A stretch of DNA of 63,923 nucleotides, counting the filler, from Squatina squatina (lineage: Eukaryota), in NCBI GenBank assembly GCA_031763465.1. It is 3 parts of 3 records of this genome, joined end to end, with 100 filler letters (N's around TTAATTAATTAA, not from the genome) between each part and the next. Parts side by side here need not be neighbours in the genome. Positions count along the whole stretch, not along the records: positions 1 to 25,330 come from JARFOE010000192.1; 2 more parts are not named here. One strand, 5' to 3'. Shown here in pieces: positions 1-14,329 of the stretch. Under the pieces are notes generated by a model. The model searched no databases. It was not told the DNA's origin and worked only from the letters and a program-made list of their open reading frames with translations. The position numbers and the translations under genes are program-made. The stretch's first letter is position 1. Every line of letters starts with the position of its first letter.

Positions 1-1721
1 ATCTGTGTAAGTGGAAACCGAGCCGGTTTGAAATATAAGCAGAGCTGCAGCTGCTGTGTTTGTCGGTCACTGAACACCCCTGTTCACTGATCAAACCCTA
101 TAAATTACAAGGAAACCTGTGTATTACTCATATGATCACAAAAGATGGCACCAGCCTAGATCTTTTTACCACCGCCAGACTTCAAAACAATCCTGAGACA
201 GCTGCCACGATGAACTTTAACACTGAAAAAATGTTACTTGTGACTTATTACTATCACTATCTGCAGTTCATCAACTTTGCACTTCAAGCAAATCTAACTG
301 AAGTTAAAATGGCTAAAAAAATGTGGCGTCAATCCAGGCATTCATCTCAGGGAGTTTGCAAACCGCTGATCAAATTTCTACTCAACGTTTCCACTCCACA
401 GGTGTCTGTAAATGACTTTCTGATTTTAGGATCTCTGTTATCTGCTTAAATTCTTAACTGCTTAATTACTTAAACTCCTCCCATCAGGCCTTGAGCTAAC
501 CCTTTACACTAAGCGGCAGAGTAAAACTTGAGCACAAGTCGTAATCAGAATTGCCCAGTGGAGCTTCATCTCGAGTGAAGTCGTTTGCTTGTTGTGAACT
601 GTTGAGTGACGTATGAGAAGCACAAGAGGAAGGTAGTTTTACATTTCTAGTTTCTACTTAACTATGGAAAGCTGCTTTTGCTGACTGTGGCGTTACTTTG
701 ACTGCAAGCACGTCTTGTGATCATAGGTTCAAATATTATTGAGAAGCTCTTTTTAAAAAAAAATGTATTCAAGAACAATTGCTATCATTTTGACTAGAAT
801 ACAAACTCAGGTAACACAATGCAAAAAAGGTATCCTAGAAAAAGTGCCTGAAGCATTTCAAAACAAGCAACTAAGTTATGCTTCAATACACTGACAACCA
901 ACCTCACTATACCTGTAACTCCTCTGTGATACTGGGATTGAGGTAAGTATTTCATGCGTCTCCAAACTCTTCAGAATACTTCCACTCGTACTTCAGGGTA
1001 ATCCTAACTTGGACAGAAGTTTCACCTTCTTCATGAATCAAATGAATTAGCTACTTTGGCAATCTGAAGGCTAACTATTTGCATAAACCTCTCTCCCAGC
1101 CTATAGGACTTGCTCACCGCCACATGTGCAATGAGCTGCACCAACATGCCCTTTCAACTGTGACATCAGCAGAATCCATGGTTACTAGCACTCCTCTACC
1201 TGTATGCATGCCAAAACTTTACCTGTCAAACCTGCCTCTCCACTTGAAATGACAAACCCTGCTGTTTAAAAACAAACTGGATGGCCTCTGCCTCTTGGAA
1301 CATGCAGAATGCCATCAATTCAATTGTAAAGCAATGTCATATCATTGCAATTGCTGGCAAGTAAACAGCAAAATTTGCATTTTTTTGTCAGTTCCATTTG
1401 AAAACAATTCATAATGTGATGGGAAATGTATNNNNNNNNNNNNNNNNNNNNNNNNNNNNNNNNNNNNNNNNNNNNNNNNNNNNNNNNNNNNNNNNNNNNN
1501 NNNNNNNNNNNNNNNNNNNNNNNNNNNNNNNGAATAGTTTGGTGAAAAATGTTGTGTAGTGAGTAGCCTGCTGACATTTGCCATCAAAATTGACACAAAC
1601 AATAATTACTTAGACAGGTTTCTAGAGGAAAAGAGGCACCATACCCCAGCAATCAGTCAATGCCTTCAGGAGGGGGTTGAAGGAAGATAATTGGCAAGAA
1701 AAGGGGACAATGTTCTTGTAC

Positions 1722-2005
1722 CTGATCTTTGAGGCGTTCCTGTTGCCCCATGATGGCAGTTGCATGATGGGGATATTTCTGCTTCAGATGTTCCAGAAAA
1801 GCTTCTCTTTTTCTATCCATCTCCGATGGCTGCATTCCCAATATTTCTTTTGAACTGCGAGCTCCACCTACTGTGTGCCTTCGTGGGATGTTCCGAGCAA
1901 TCTTAGTATTTGAAGCACGGTTATTTCCATTTGCGAGGTTTTCCTTTACTTTAATGCGCTCAGCATCATCGGACGACGTTACACGCAAATTTGACTTCCC
2001 ATGAT
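1722..2005 (-). CDS. KIAA1217: Internal coding exon of KIAA1217 (sickle tail/SKT/Etl4), 284 nt, equivalent to the second coding exon
   Basis: Translation (D)HGKSNLRVTSSDDAE...RNIPRRHTVGGARSSKEILGMQPSEMDRKREAFLEHLKQKYPHHATAIMGQQERLKDQ matches the KIAA1217 N-terminal block as I recall it. On the minus strand there is a polypyrimidine tract with AG acceptor (ttttcag|ATCATG, 2007-2006) and a GT donor (CAG|gtacaa, 1721-1720). OTUD1 lies upstream on the same strand, as in human, which favours KIAA1217 over its paralogue SRCIN1. Confidence 0.93.
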
Positions 2006-2124
2006 CTGAAAAATAAAAGAAACAAAGAGTTAAAAGAATATGCAAGAACATTTTCTTTCTCTCCCAGCCCCATTGTCCTTGCTTTATTGTCCCTTTCGTT
2101 ATGATTGACCAGGACACACTTGAT

Positions 2125-2431
2125 ATATGCATTCCAAACGTACCGTTCACTTCGTGACACCCTGGTCCACTATTCCATCATCCCCAACATCTGCTCCCCA
2201 CAGCATGTGTCCCACAGCACCTTCCCATGCAAGTGCAGCAAATGCAACACCTTTCACCTCCTCTGTTCCCACCGTCCATGGCCCCAAACACTCCTTTCCA
2301 ACTTGTGCTTCTTTCAATTTCGTATACTGTGTTCGCTGCTCACGCTGTGGTCTCCTCTACATTTGGAGTCCAAACGTAGATTGGGTGACCACTTTGCAGA
2401 ACATCTCCGTTCAGTCCGTATGCGTGATCCC
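2125..2431 (+). mobile_element. Penelope-like element fragment (linker plus GIY-YIG endonuclease), frameshifted
   Basis: Two frames give RSLRDTLVH...FPCKCSKCNT, TCASFNFVYCVRCSRCGLLYI(W) and ESKRRLGDHFAEHLRSVR. This fits the PLE pattern Cys-rich linker / VY-x10-YIG / ETxRxLxxRFxEH. Truncated by a gap. Confidence 0.85.
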
Positions 2432-4565
2432 NNNNNNNNNNNNNNNNNNNNNNNNNNNNNNNNNNNNNNNNNNNNNNNNNNNNNNNNNNNNNNNNNNNNN
2501 NNNNNNNNNNNNNNNNNNNNNNNNNNNNNNNCCATGTGCTCAGACAGCCGTTCAAGGCACACTGTCTGAGTTCACACATGGAGAATGGCCACTAAAGTGA
2601 GGTTCAAGAGGTGCTTGTGTAACCATACCCAACCAGGAGAGAAGGGAGTAAGTGGGCAAGAAAAGTCGTACTTGCGGCCGTGTTCACCTGTTATGCAGTC
2701 AGATTCCTGCATTTAAACTTGATCTTGTACATTCTCTATTCATGTTAATTTTAAATAAAGATGGTTAAGTTCCACTTCACTACTCAATTCAATAGCACAA
2801 AGTCTACTGCACTCAAAGCTCACCCAAAATCTGAAACTGCAACCAATACAAAAAGCAAAAAAACTGAACAGAAAACTATACTGTGCCTCAGAGTGGAATG
2901 TGAAATTGAAGGTTTAATCAGATTCATCAGTGTTTTAGGAATTCAAACTAGATCAATATGGAGCATCTCAGCTGCTCCGCCATACAAAATATACCAGCAA
3001 ATTCCTTGGCCCTTAGCCAGAGGAAGCTCGGTCGGAGCTCTCCGACTTGAGCTGAAACTGATCCACCCTGATTTTACCATCTTTAAAAATATATTGGAGT
3101 ATTGGTTACTGTTCACTATTACTTCATTTTTGCAGTACAAAATGCACATGATGCGATGAAACAGTTAATGTGGACTTTAACCGCTCACATTCCCTCTTGT
3201 TTCGGGAGCACAGCCTTTGCTCAGCGTCNNNNNNNNNNNNNNNNNNNNNNNNNNNNNNNNNNNNNNNNNNNNNNNNNNNNNNNNNNNNNNNNNNNNNNNN
3301 NNNNNNNNNNNNNNNNNNNNNNNNNNNNTCTCTGCCTCTGCCTTTCCTGGTGTCAAAACGTCCCATGCTCCAAAAACCCTCCACCAAAAGAAAGTTCTCC
3401 TGACTTCTCGCCTCATTCTTCATGATTATTTTAAACTGATGACCTCTCATCACAGACTTTCCGACCAAAGGAAGTAATCTTTCCCTATTCACTATCAAAT
3501 CACTTCATAATGTTGAAACCATCCATTAAATGTCTTCTTAGCCTTCACTGCTTCATTATCTCAAGTCTATCCTCATAACTAAATTTTTCCCATCTGTTAT
3601 CCTGGTGAATCTATGCTGTACTCTTTCTGTAGCTTTAATGTCAATTTTATTATGCGGCATCAAAATCTGTACACAATGCCTGAACAGTGGCTTTACTATT
3701 ATGATTTACATAAGTTGCATTATCATATAAAAAGAAAGGGACAATCCTTCTTTCTCTCAGAATGGGTATGAAAAACATTTCTTTCATGAACTAGTCAATG
3801 GAGAACAGTTTTCCCACTCATGAGCACATCCTTAGTATTTGGGTTTCAAATTCAGAAGGTCCAGAAAATTTAAGTAACAAGGTCAGTGCAGGAGTGGCAA
3901 GAGCCTCTACTCGACTGCTAGAGCTTGGATATATATCATCAACTACACCAACTTGAGGACTGATTTATCCGCTTTCCCACTATATCACTACAGAAGGATA
4001 CATATCAACGGAAAAATAGTTCCATGTACTAAATGATCACAGTTAAAATAATTATGTTGCATTAGGATTGAAAACCCATAGAGTAGGCAAGGCACTCAAG
4101 TCTGTTGTGAATAAGATGCATAATTGCCATCAACCTCCAAAGCAGCTTTTGATCCTCAGAACAATTTAGCCATTTTAAGATCATTAATATACAATAGAAT
4201 TAAGAAGCCACCTCATTCAAAACCGTGTCACTTTAGTGGATAAATTGACACTGACTAGCACGCTTTGGATTTAAGAGTAAATGCAGTTCAAAAGAGGGCC
4301 AGAGATGTCTGCATTTTCAAACTTGATAAATAAGGGGCTCTGTGTTGCTTTCTCAAAGGCCTTACATGAATCAAAAAGGGGATGAAATAATGATTCTCTT
4401 GTCAAGAGAGTCAGACCGGAGATGAAGGATTCACTATAAGAAAGAAGAAATACTTCAAACATTTAAAAAAAATAGGATTGAATTCCGTTTGAAATAAGAT
4501 GATCATGGTTATAACTGCTAAGCAAATGTGCTGGTCGACAGCCATTTTATAGGTATGAGGCTGAC

Positions 4566-4642
4566 ACATAGAACATAGAACATAGAACATAGAAAATACA
4601 GCACATAACAGGCCCTTCGGCCCACGATGTTGTGCCGAACCT
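4566..4642 (-). mobile_element. CR1-clade LINE/HE1-type SINE 3' tail with (TTCTATG)n terminal repeats
   Basis: Plus strand (acataga)x4 followed by acagcac...ggcccttcggccca, the reverse complement of the shark CR1 3' stem-loop and microsatellite tail. Confidence 0.75.
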
Positions 4643-7600
4643 NNNNNNNNNNNNNNNNNNNNNNNNNNNNNNNNNNNNNNNNNNNNNNNNNNNNNNNNNN
4701 NNNNNNNNNNNNNNNNNNNNNNNNNNNNNNNNNNNNNNNNNNATGCAGTGCTACAATTCAAATCTTGTGACCTCGCAGAGGAATCAGATACTTGGCTACA
4801 GACCACCATGTGGAATTGTAACAAAACTGCTTACTGTTGCTTTTGATGCATCCAGTACAAATAATATGATTCTGACAGAATAAGTGTGTGCTGACTTTGA
4901 ATGTTCCCAGTGTTACTGGTAATCAAAAGCATCGTAAATTGCACTGTTAGTTTACGGTCATTTAGTGGTTTCGCAGCACAATACCAAGTCACCAGATGCA
5001 ACCATAGTTTGAAGCAAGAAAGAGCACATAGCTTCAAGTATAGTTCAAGTTACCCCTTACTTTTGAGATACCACTTGCCACATTCTAACACAAGCTACAA
5101 ATCTGGGCTCTGAGAATGGGTGGGCAGCACAAAGCAAGGATTTTTTTTTGTGGTTGGGGTTGAGCTAATTATAAGAAATCTGCTCAAAGTTACTTTTAGC
5201 TTCTACCTTGCAGGAAGTTTTAGCCAACACAAATCTGGTAACAATTTTCAATAAACGCTGACAGATTTAGCTCATAAAAAATACACATTCAGAAAATCTA
5301 ATTTAGCATTTCAAAATCTCAGCAATTTTAAAGAGTGGTTTCAATCTATGGCCACTTCAAATTTAAAATAAAAACAATTTGCCTTTTTCCTTGAATTATG
5401 GCTTTAATAAGTATAAGATAGTCCTACTTGAGCTAGACTGTAATATTCAGTGACACATACAGTAGCATTTAAGTTTGTATTTAGATTGTATGAATAGGTC
5501 AGATGAGAGATGACCATTTAAGAATCTATTGAAAAAAACTTAAGAACTTTCCATAAATTCCTAAATTCATATAACATGGAGACCCAATAACTATTAAATA
5601 GAGCATTTACTTCAGCAATAATAAAGCTGCATTTCTTCAATAAAAACGTAAGTAAAATTTCCAATTCCCCTGATAGCCCAATATTCAACCCGTTCTTTTC
5701 ATTTGAAAGGAAAATTGGGCTCGGTGTATAACGGGTGGCCAAACGTATACCGCTTGTTTTATACCCTTGCTGAAGTTGAAAGTTTTGACCCTGTTTGGAA
5801 GAATTCATTATAACAATTACCCATCCACGTGTACAGTGCTTCTATAACCAAGACTATAATCTGCATTTTGCACAAATAAAAATGAAACTCAGCAACTCAG
5901 GCTAATCACCAGTTGGTCTCTTACGGCATTAATAAACAGAAACACACATTTACACTGCACCTTCAAGGTAGAAAATTTTGCAGAGGAAGAAAGGAATAGG
6001 CACCAGCCGGTGTGNNNNNNNNNNNNNNNNNNNNNNNNNNNNNNNNNNNNNNNNNNNNNNNNNNNNNNNNNNNNNNNNNNNNNNNNNNNNNNNNNNNNNN
6101 NNNNNNNNNNNNNNTTTTTCTTATCCAGAAACCATATGCAAGAGATTTAATGTTAAGTTTTCCTTGTGGAATATTTATCATATCTAGGACTCTATAGCAT
6201 GAACAATTCTCACACAATGGCAATGCTGTGCATGGAAAATAAAAGTCCTGGCGCAATTAGAGATGCTGAGCGTTAACCTGACTTAAACTTGGCACAGTTC
6301 CTCTCTCTACAACAAATGATTCAAGCCTTTCAATGAATATAGTAATGAAAGATTTTTGATCCTTGGTGCTGAATATACACTTTGCAGCCGGTAAATTATT
6401 TCACTTTATAAAAAAAAATGCCAAATGAATAAGTCTTGTTTTGTGGTGTTGGTTTGTAGTTGGCATATGAAAGGTCTTCTCTCAACACCATAATGATTGG
6501 TCAACAGACACATTTGTGCTTCTTTTGAGTTAGTATCAACTTGTGCATTTGTGTTTCTTACTATTAAAATGGTTAGTCATGGGCTTAATTTCAGTGGGCT
6601 TAAAAGTCTTGTACTAAATCCACTGTATTTAATTTGGATTGTGTTATTCTTGGGCTTCCTTTGAGATTTTTTTGATCAAAAATTAACAATTTATTTCTTA
6701 AGGAATTATAATGCCCTACTTTCCCTTCCCAGAGTTCAAACACTGATTTCATTGTGTTAGCATCTTACTGCAGCAATGTAATAGAAGAGTTCTATAAACC
6801 TGTACATTTGAGGACAAAACTTTAAGTAACTCCATCACATTGCTGGATGGATTATATGATCAGAATAAACGCATTTTTTTAGAACAGAAAATCCTATCCC
6901 TTTTTCATAGATCAGCTCCACCATATCCTAAAATCTTATCTCCAGTAATCCATTCAGTTGTCTTATGAATCCATTTGCAACAACTCTTTCAACATACATT
7001 TCAACCTCCTAAGTCTAACAGATGCCCAAAATACAAGGCATTACTTTAAAAAAGGAAACAATATTTTATGTTCTACTCTATTACCTCAAGAGACTTAACG
7101 CTCATTAGGCACAGCATTCCAAGGATTTCCCTGGTCAGTAAACGAAAAAGGAATGTGCTGGAGGCCATAGGAATTTCCAGAAAAAACCATTTAATATTAA
7201 AGCCCAACAGCTCGTTTACATTTCTATTCTTCACAGTACTGAGCAGAGATACAAAAGACTGCAGAACAAAAGGATTTCCCACTGCGCATTAGAGCATAAT
7301 TTAATGTGTTACATCCTTTATCAATACTTAGAATGGAAGGATGGACTCAAAATGTCACATTCCAGTTTATTGTTCTATCAGATTAAAAGACCTGCAAGAG
7401 CATAGTATTCCACAAATAAACAAAGTACATAATCCTTTATGTATATGCTCTTAGATTTCCCAGAACAGCAGCTTAGTAAGATACATCCATCTTTTCAGCC
7501 TTGTATCGGTAATGCAACTGGATTTACTTACTCATCATTTCTGCAGAATTTGCTTTATGCCTCGATTTGCAGTCACTGCAGGATCACAAGCAGTTTTTAT

Positions 7601-10600
7601 GCTGTTGCTGTGAAAGTCAAATGAAATTGCCAGAAAAAGCAAGTTTCAGGGAGGTGAATTCCTACATCACACAACACTGCTGTTGCGTCTTTAACTAGCA
7701 ATGGAGTCCTCGCTGTCTGTATTTTAAAACTTCATTACTGAGGCTTTTAAACCACATGAATCCGATCTGACCACTAACTTTAGTCACATTTACTCTTCTA
7801 GGTTCACACCAGAGCTATAATTAACATAGTGCAGCCAAAAATAATTACTTACTGAATGTAATTATAGGTTAAACCCAAAATGGTCAAGACGCTCCTAATC
7901 GTAAATGGCTAACAGCTATGTTGATGAGGCAAGTCTTCGACTAAGTTAAAAGGATAAAGAATAAGTATCCCCTATGTTTCACTTTCACAGGCTGCTTTAG
8001 TTATCATTCCACAGAAAAGATGCCTGTAGTTCTGGAAATGTTTCTGGCAAAAGTAATACCAGGCAGCTCTGCTTAAAAGCTTGGACAAATGAGACAGGAA
8101 GTAAGACAATTTTTTTGGTTAACTTGTGTTTCTGGTGATGCAGGCTATAGAAGAGATGCTGNNNNNNNNNNNNNNNNNNNNNNNNNNNNNNNNNNNNNNN
8201 NNNNNNNNNNNNNNNNNNNNNNNNNNNNNNNNNNNNNNNNNNNNNNNNNNNNNNNNNNNNNNNNNNNNNNNNNNNNNNNNNNNNNNNNNNNNNNNNNNNN
8301 NNNNNNNNNNNNNNNNNNNNNNNNNNNNNNNNNNNNNNNNNNNNNNNNNNNNNNNNNNNNNNNNNNNNNNNNNNNNNNNNNNNNNNNNNNNNNNNNNNNN
8401 NNNNNNNNNNNNNNNNNNNNNNNNNNNNNNNNNNNNNNNNNNNNNNNNNNNNNNNNNNNNNNNNNNNNNNNNNNNNNNNNNNNNNNNNNNNNNNNNNNNT
8501 GAACAAGGTCACCGTGCCCCTTTGAAAACCTTCTGCTCCTGACGAGATGCATCCTTGTCCAGATGATGTTATTTCACAACACCATAGAGAACTTTTGAGG
8601 AAACAGAAAATGTCCTTGTGAACTCAGGTTAGAAGGAAAGCATATGGAGGATTTCCTGCAGTGCTCTCCCATGGAGGCACAAATTGGAAGGGGTGGAATT
8701 TGTGTGCTAAGTTCCTATGTCCACTGGTTGTAAACAGCTCTGAAGAGGAGGACCAGCTTCGGTTGAATAGGCTCATTACTGCTCTGCAATCTACTGGCCA
8801 CATCCACCATGAAACAATTGCTGATCAAAGATTTACTCTTGAAACTACAAATCTGACAGGAAGCAGGTTGACAGCACCTATTGTTACCATGGCTTTGAGG
8901 TTGACGTTTGAAACTCAATTTGAATCGGACTCTAGTGGGCTTGTAGTTAAAGAGGCACCGTGCAAGCCACAGGGGAGCAGTTCAGGAGGGCAGCCACATG
9001 TTATTTTTGTCATGTTGGTGTTTGAGACACAGCAATGCATTTCTGCTAGATTTGAGTCACTATGTTGTAGTGTTTGCAAAACACAAACAAGTTTGCACTT
9101 TTATATAAAAACAATGGTTCTTTAAGTCTGAAGCAAAGCTAAGGTCTTACTGTAATCTTTTTAATCATCAGAGACCAAGAGCGATTGTGAGATCTTTCAC
9201 TGCAATGTTATCCATCCATTATTGATGTCACAAGCACGTTAGTAAAGCCATGCATGCAGATCTTCACTCTTCNNNNNNNNNNNNNNNNNNNNNNNNNNNN
9301 NNNNNNNNNNNNNNNNNNNNNNNNNNNNNNNNNNNNNNNNNNNNNNNNNNNNNNNNNNNNNNNNNNNNNNNNGGTTCTTTAACGAGAACAAGTTAGAAAA
9401 TATGCCATTGCTAAAATATGTTGCATCATGCTAACATACCTCAACGTGCTAAATTACACTTTGCAGTTGTGATGGCTCTATTAAGTAAAAAAGTCAATAT
9501 TTCAGTGTAACTTACTATATAATTTACTGCCACCCTAAGCCAGCTATTATAAATAAATAACTTTACCAATAATTCTGATCAACTCACTGAACTCTGTCAA
9601 TACTGTCGAACAATTATGCGAAAAGGAAGACTTTCCAAATGATTTACAATGCAAGCAGAGCATTTATGATTATGACTGGTTATAGATACATCACATTAAA
9701 GAGTTGAGTTATAATGCGTTGTTACATCAGTTAAACATTAACTCACTGCAAAATTCTATGATTAAACTAATAATAAATGTTCTTAGTGCAGTTCGACCAT
9801 GGCTATCCTGGGGCATTTTTATCCAGTTTCTACAAAAATTATCCAACATCTTTATTTCAAAAATCTTGTAACTCATCTTCAAATTTTAAGTCTGGTTATA
9901 AGCTCAGATATACTTTTTTTCCATTTTAACAATTCTACCTTTTGGAGCGCAACTTTTCTTCTGTGCAGTAACATGCGTTACTTGCACTTGCTGTGTTTTA
10001 CTCAGGGTCCCTTCACTTCCCGTCCTCTGCAGCTTTTCACCCAAGCTGACTCAAATGAGTAGTTTGGAAAATGCAGACATATTGTCTGAGGAAATGCAGC
10101 AGCATGAATAGGAAGTGGTAGACAAACAGGAAACATAGTTTGGGTTGTAAATAATTTCCCCTTGCAGTTACTGTTGGTTCTACTTTTGATGTTGATTTAG
10201 AAAGATGATTTTGTCTTGGGTGTAAGAAAAACAATTTTGTAACTTGTTAACAACACACAAGTAAAAGGTTTTGCACAGCAAGGAGGACCTTGTGAGGCTT
10301 CAGGAGGACATGGCCAGACATATAGCACATTCAATTTCACGTGAATAAGTATAACGTAATAACTTATTAAAGGAAAATATTAACATATTTTCAGGCAGTC
10401 CTCTCATTCATTATCTCAACCATTTCACTTCAACTTTGTCCATTGCATTCTGATATTAAATCCTTTTTAAACTCAAATTAAAGTGTGCATCTGTTAAATG
10501 CCATCTGCAAAATGAACAGTTCTGAATATTAAGCAGAATTAGAGAAATGCATTTGCCTACTTTGGTCTTGTTTTTATAACCTCCCTTTAAAAATGAAAAA

Positions 10601-13600
10601 TGAGGGTAGTCAGTTTCCCATGAGGATACACCTCTTCTCCTCTATTTTACTCCACCCATGGCACTTCTTTACTGCAGATTATGGGCCACACTTTTCCTTA
10701 GCTAAGCGAATATAGATTGAGAAAGGATACCTCATTGACATAGCATTTAATGTCACCCAGGTGTCTGCAGACGTGGTGAGAATGCTTTCAGGTGCAGGCT
10801 ATTAGGTAATCTCTTCACTTTTCACTCTTGCTCTCAGGAGCTGGGCTATGACGTAGTGAAATAGTGGGGTTGAGGTTTGTATTTCTGCATGTGTGTGTGA
10901 TAACTTGTGAATATTCTTCTATTTTAAAGACTTACACTGTGAGGGGATGCTGGGTATGGAGGTCAGTCATGCAGGATGTGCATGGGTACTCGTGACATCA
11001 CTAGCCTTGGCCAACCTGATGATCATTGAAATGTTTCCAGCACAGTTTCTCCATCCATGGTGTGGTTGAGGTGGCGCTGACTGTCTGCAGGATCTCCCTC
11101 CATAATGCCTGCACCATACGTCCTAGGTACTGAAGAGATTCTCTCTTCTTACCCTCCTCTCTACAATATTAGTACACCAAGGCATCTGATAATTGGGGGC
11201 TCGTACCACAACAGNNNNNNNNNNNNNNNNNNNNNNNNNNNNNNNNNNNNNNNNNNNNNNNNNNNNNNNNNNNNNNNNNNNNNNNNNNNNNNNNNNNNNN
11301 NNNNNNNNNNNNNNTCTGCGGGCATCTACTAGATGCAAACGATCAGTGTGGAGTGCGTGGTTCAACTGAGCTGAAATGCAGTGCAACAGTACAACATCTC
11401 GGATAGAAACAAAAAGGCACTGTGTGATTTCACAGACAGTTTATCAGACCTGTGGAATGTGGATGTGTTGGGATGAAGACGATGACTAGTCTGCTGTTGG
11501 TGGGTCTCACCACGTACCGGGAACAGATGCTCTGTCAGATATTATTAAACCCTCCAGCAAGCAGAGACTAGACACTGAGCAGCACCAAAGCATACCAGGA
11601 ATTTCACCTTCACCGGCCTCCTCAGGTATGACAGGAAAAATAAACCAGATGTAAAGTCAGAAAGCAATGGATCATCATTTATTGCGACAGTCCAGCTGTC
11701 ACAATCAACTACAAAGCTGTTCTTTTAACATCTTCTGTTTTTGCACTCAACAGTTAGATTTACTCTATAATTAGCAAATACTTGCTTCTGCCATCATTAA
11801 CTTGTAGAGTTAGAGCTATATAAAATGCTACGGAATAGGACCGTGCCAGTAATTTCNNNNNNNNNNNNNNNNNNNNNNNNNNNNNNNNNNNNNNNNNNNN
11901 NNNNNNNNNNNNNNNNNNNNNNNNNNNNNNNNNNNNNNNNNNNNNNNNNNNNNNNNAGGTTTAACACAATAGTAAATGTTGTACATAGGGAAGCAGCAGA
12001 CACAATTAAGTGAAGCAAGTGTTCCTGAGAAATCATATTAAAAACAATCAACATGGCAATTGAGCCCATGACTCAAAAGACCCTGCTTCAGCAAATAATG
12101 CTTAGCTTTTCCCACACAAGAGACAAGGTTCTAAGCGACAACACTCTAGGAGACAGTTTTACAGACAGAATCAGTCCATGCAACTTGGTGCTGATATTCC
12201 ACATAAACATTTTGAATAGATACAGAATGAGCAATTCCATTCCAGCTGTTATACAGTTTCTAGTATAAATTTTCAGGTCTTATTCTTGTCTCCACTTAAA
12301 ACTATTGCAGTTTTTTTTTTTAACCACACTCTTATTTATAGCTCCTGAATGCATCTGCTTCCTACAGAGATGCAAGAGTAAAAGACTTAATCAAACTTAT
12401 CATAGTTGATGCACAAAAACCCCTCGAGTTCCATTTCATTACTTGAAGAAAGCAGGGGGTCGAGCTTCCACAGAAATGTCAATTAAACAATTTACCCACA
12501 GTTTCTAAGCTGGAAGAGAGATCATAGTAATTGAGGTACCTTAAATAAGTTATCATGGAATACTCTGACCACAAGAATAGGATAATTATAGTAATTAAAT
12601 GGAGACAAGTGTGACTAATGAAAGGAATGACTTCAGTGCTTTGTTTATTTTCTGCCTCCAAAATATTCACATAAAATCAAATTTAAATGGAATTCTAGAG
12701 CTGCAATTGCAATACTTAGAAAATGGCACACTGCTGAGTTGAAAGACATAATTAATAATGCATTTCAGAATTTTCTACAGCACATGTTATCATGTCTCAG
12801 TTCCCTTAATCTACCAAATAGCTTAACATCCAAAATACTCGTTGGTTATGTTGCACTAAAGACTTAAGCACAGCAGTCGCATATAGACCCTCTTCTGGGA
12901 CAACTTAATATAATGCTCAATGAGTCATGATTACATTCTCTCACACACACTCACTTTTCTTCACTTCATGTTCCTACAGCCTGAGAAGTGATCCTCTGTT
13001 CTTTCTCCATTATAAATTATTTGATGCATTTTTGCACATGACCTGCTTTAAGACTTCAAAGAGACATCATTTCAATTTTCATCCATGTGTTAAGCCCATT
13101 ATTTCTGCTTGTGCATGTGAACACAGTTTTCACTGTTTTTCATAGACCATTAAAAATTTAAGCAAATTCCAATGTTTTCTTTGACATGAACTCTCCAGGC
13201 CTGATTAAAAAAATGAAAATAAAAAACTGTAAAACACCACGTTTGAAAAAAGGCAGTGCCTTCTTTGCTGATTTTCAATTCTTTTTATTTAGATTTTGTA
13301 TTTAGTTTTTATTTCAAATGATAGTATGTTGATAGCATTTATTACACCTCACAATCACACATCAATGATAATTGAGTTGCAAATAGTGACCTAAATGCAT
13401 TTTCTATTAAGAATAAAACTGCCACATCTGGTGACAGTATATACTGTTTACCCATCTCACAGTCCCTCTGCTGGACCTCTGCAATGTTTACAGTGGTATC
13501 CATAAACTACATGCTGATCCCCTAAAACACTGAGCTCTGACAGTCTGCAACACTAGTGCTATTCATCTCTGCTTCCCCCATGCAATATAGAATGCTATAT

Positions 13601-13995
13601 AAAAAACCAAGTGCAAAAGAAAAATCATCAATTTACATGTCTGAAAAACAAAGGGATAAAATAAACGTACATGGTGGTAGGGGTGAATTCCGTGGCACTT
13701 TTAAATGTATTGCTGAAACCTCAAAGCTTGTGTGTATGGGGAACACACCATGAGATATATCACCCTTGTTAGATTTAGAATTCCCAGCAAGAGTTTGAGA
13801 AGGTGGAATGAGGTAGAATTAAAATGCAATGGTCACCTTCACTGGCAATACTACCAGTAGACACCTTTTACAGATCCCTCAGGAGTACAACTCATTAATC
13901 ATGAACAGTCCTCTTGTCTAGGTGAAATTGCATAGACAGCAAACAGCTCAGCAGGGCCAGGACATTTCTCTTTGGTTGGAAGACCCTCTCGAGTT

Positions 13996-14072
13996 ATAGA
14001 AACATAGAAAATAGGAGCAGGAGTAGGCCATTTGGCCCTTCGAGCCTGCTCCACCATTCAATATGATCATGG
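13996..14072 (-). mobile_element. CR1 (HER1-like) LINE / HE1 SINE 3' tail
   Basis: atagaaacatagaaaataggagcaggagtaggccatttggcccttcgagcctgctccaccattcaat; near-identical copies at 60868, 61463 and (opposite orientation) 59000-59090. Confidence 0.8.
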
Positions 14073-14209
14073 NNNNNNNNNNNNNNNNNNNNNNNNNNNN
14101 NNNNNNNNNNNNNNNNNNNNNNNNNNNNNNNNNNNNNNNNNNNNNNNNNNNNNNNNNNNNNNNNNNNNNNNNGTGAAAAAAGAAAAGAAAAAATGAAGGA
14201 AATGATAGA

Positions 14210-14329
14210 GCAGAGGTTATGCTCTGAAATTGTTGAACTCAATGTTAAGCCCAGAAGGCTGTAAAGTGCCTAATCGAAAGATGAGGTGCTATTCCTGGAG
14301 CTTGCGTTGAGTTTCATTGGAACAGTGTA
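14210..14329 (-). mobile_element. Penelope-like element ORF C-terminus (degenerate)
   Basis: Minus-strand translation HCSNETQRKLQE*HLIFRLGTLQPSGLNIEFNNFR matches the PLE GIY-YIG C-terminal E-xx-I-xx-L-x-T-x-x-P-x-GLN motif. Confidence 0.8.

Noticed and set aside
60-449. 129-aa plus-strand ORF
   Set aside because: No recognisable domain, non-ATG start, and antisense within a KIAA1217 intron; consistent with chance.
1653-2150. 165-aa ORF as a complete gene
   Set aside because: Only 1722-2005 is exon; the flanks are intron read-through beyond the splice sites.
4566-4595. Short direct repeats (acataga)n as a CRISPR-like array
   Set aside because: No spacers; these are CR1/SINE terminal microsatellites in a vertebrate genome.
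7997-8552. Long ORFs spanning N runs, here and throughout the window
   Set aside because: Their length comes from X codons in assembly gaps.
8661-9125. 154-aa ORF
   Set aside because: No motif or convincing splice context recognised; possibly decayed repeat.
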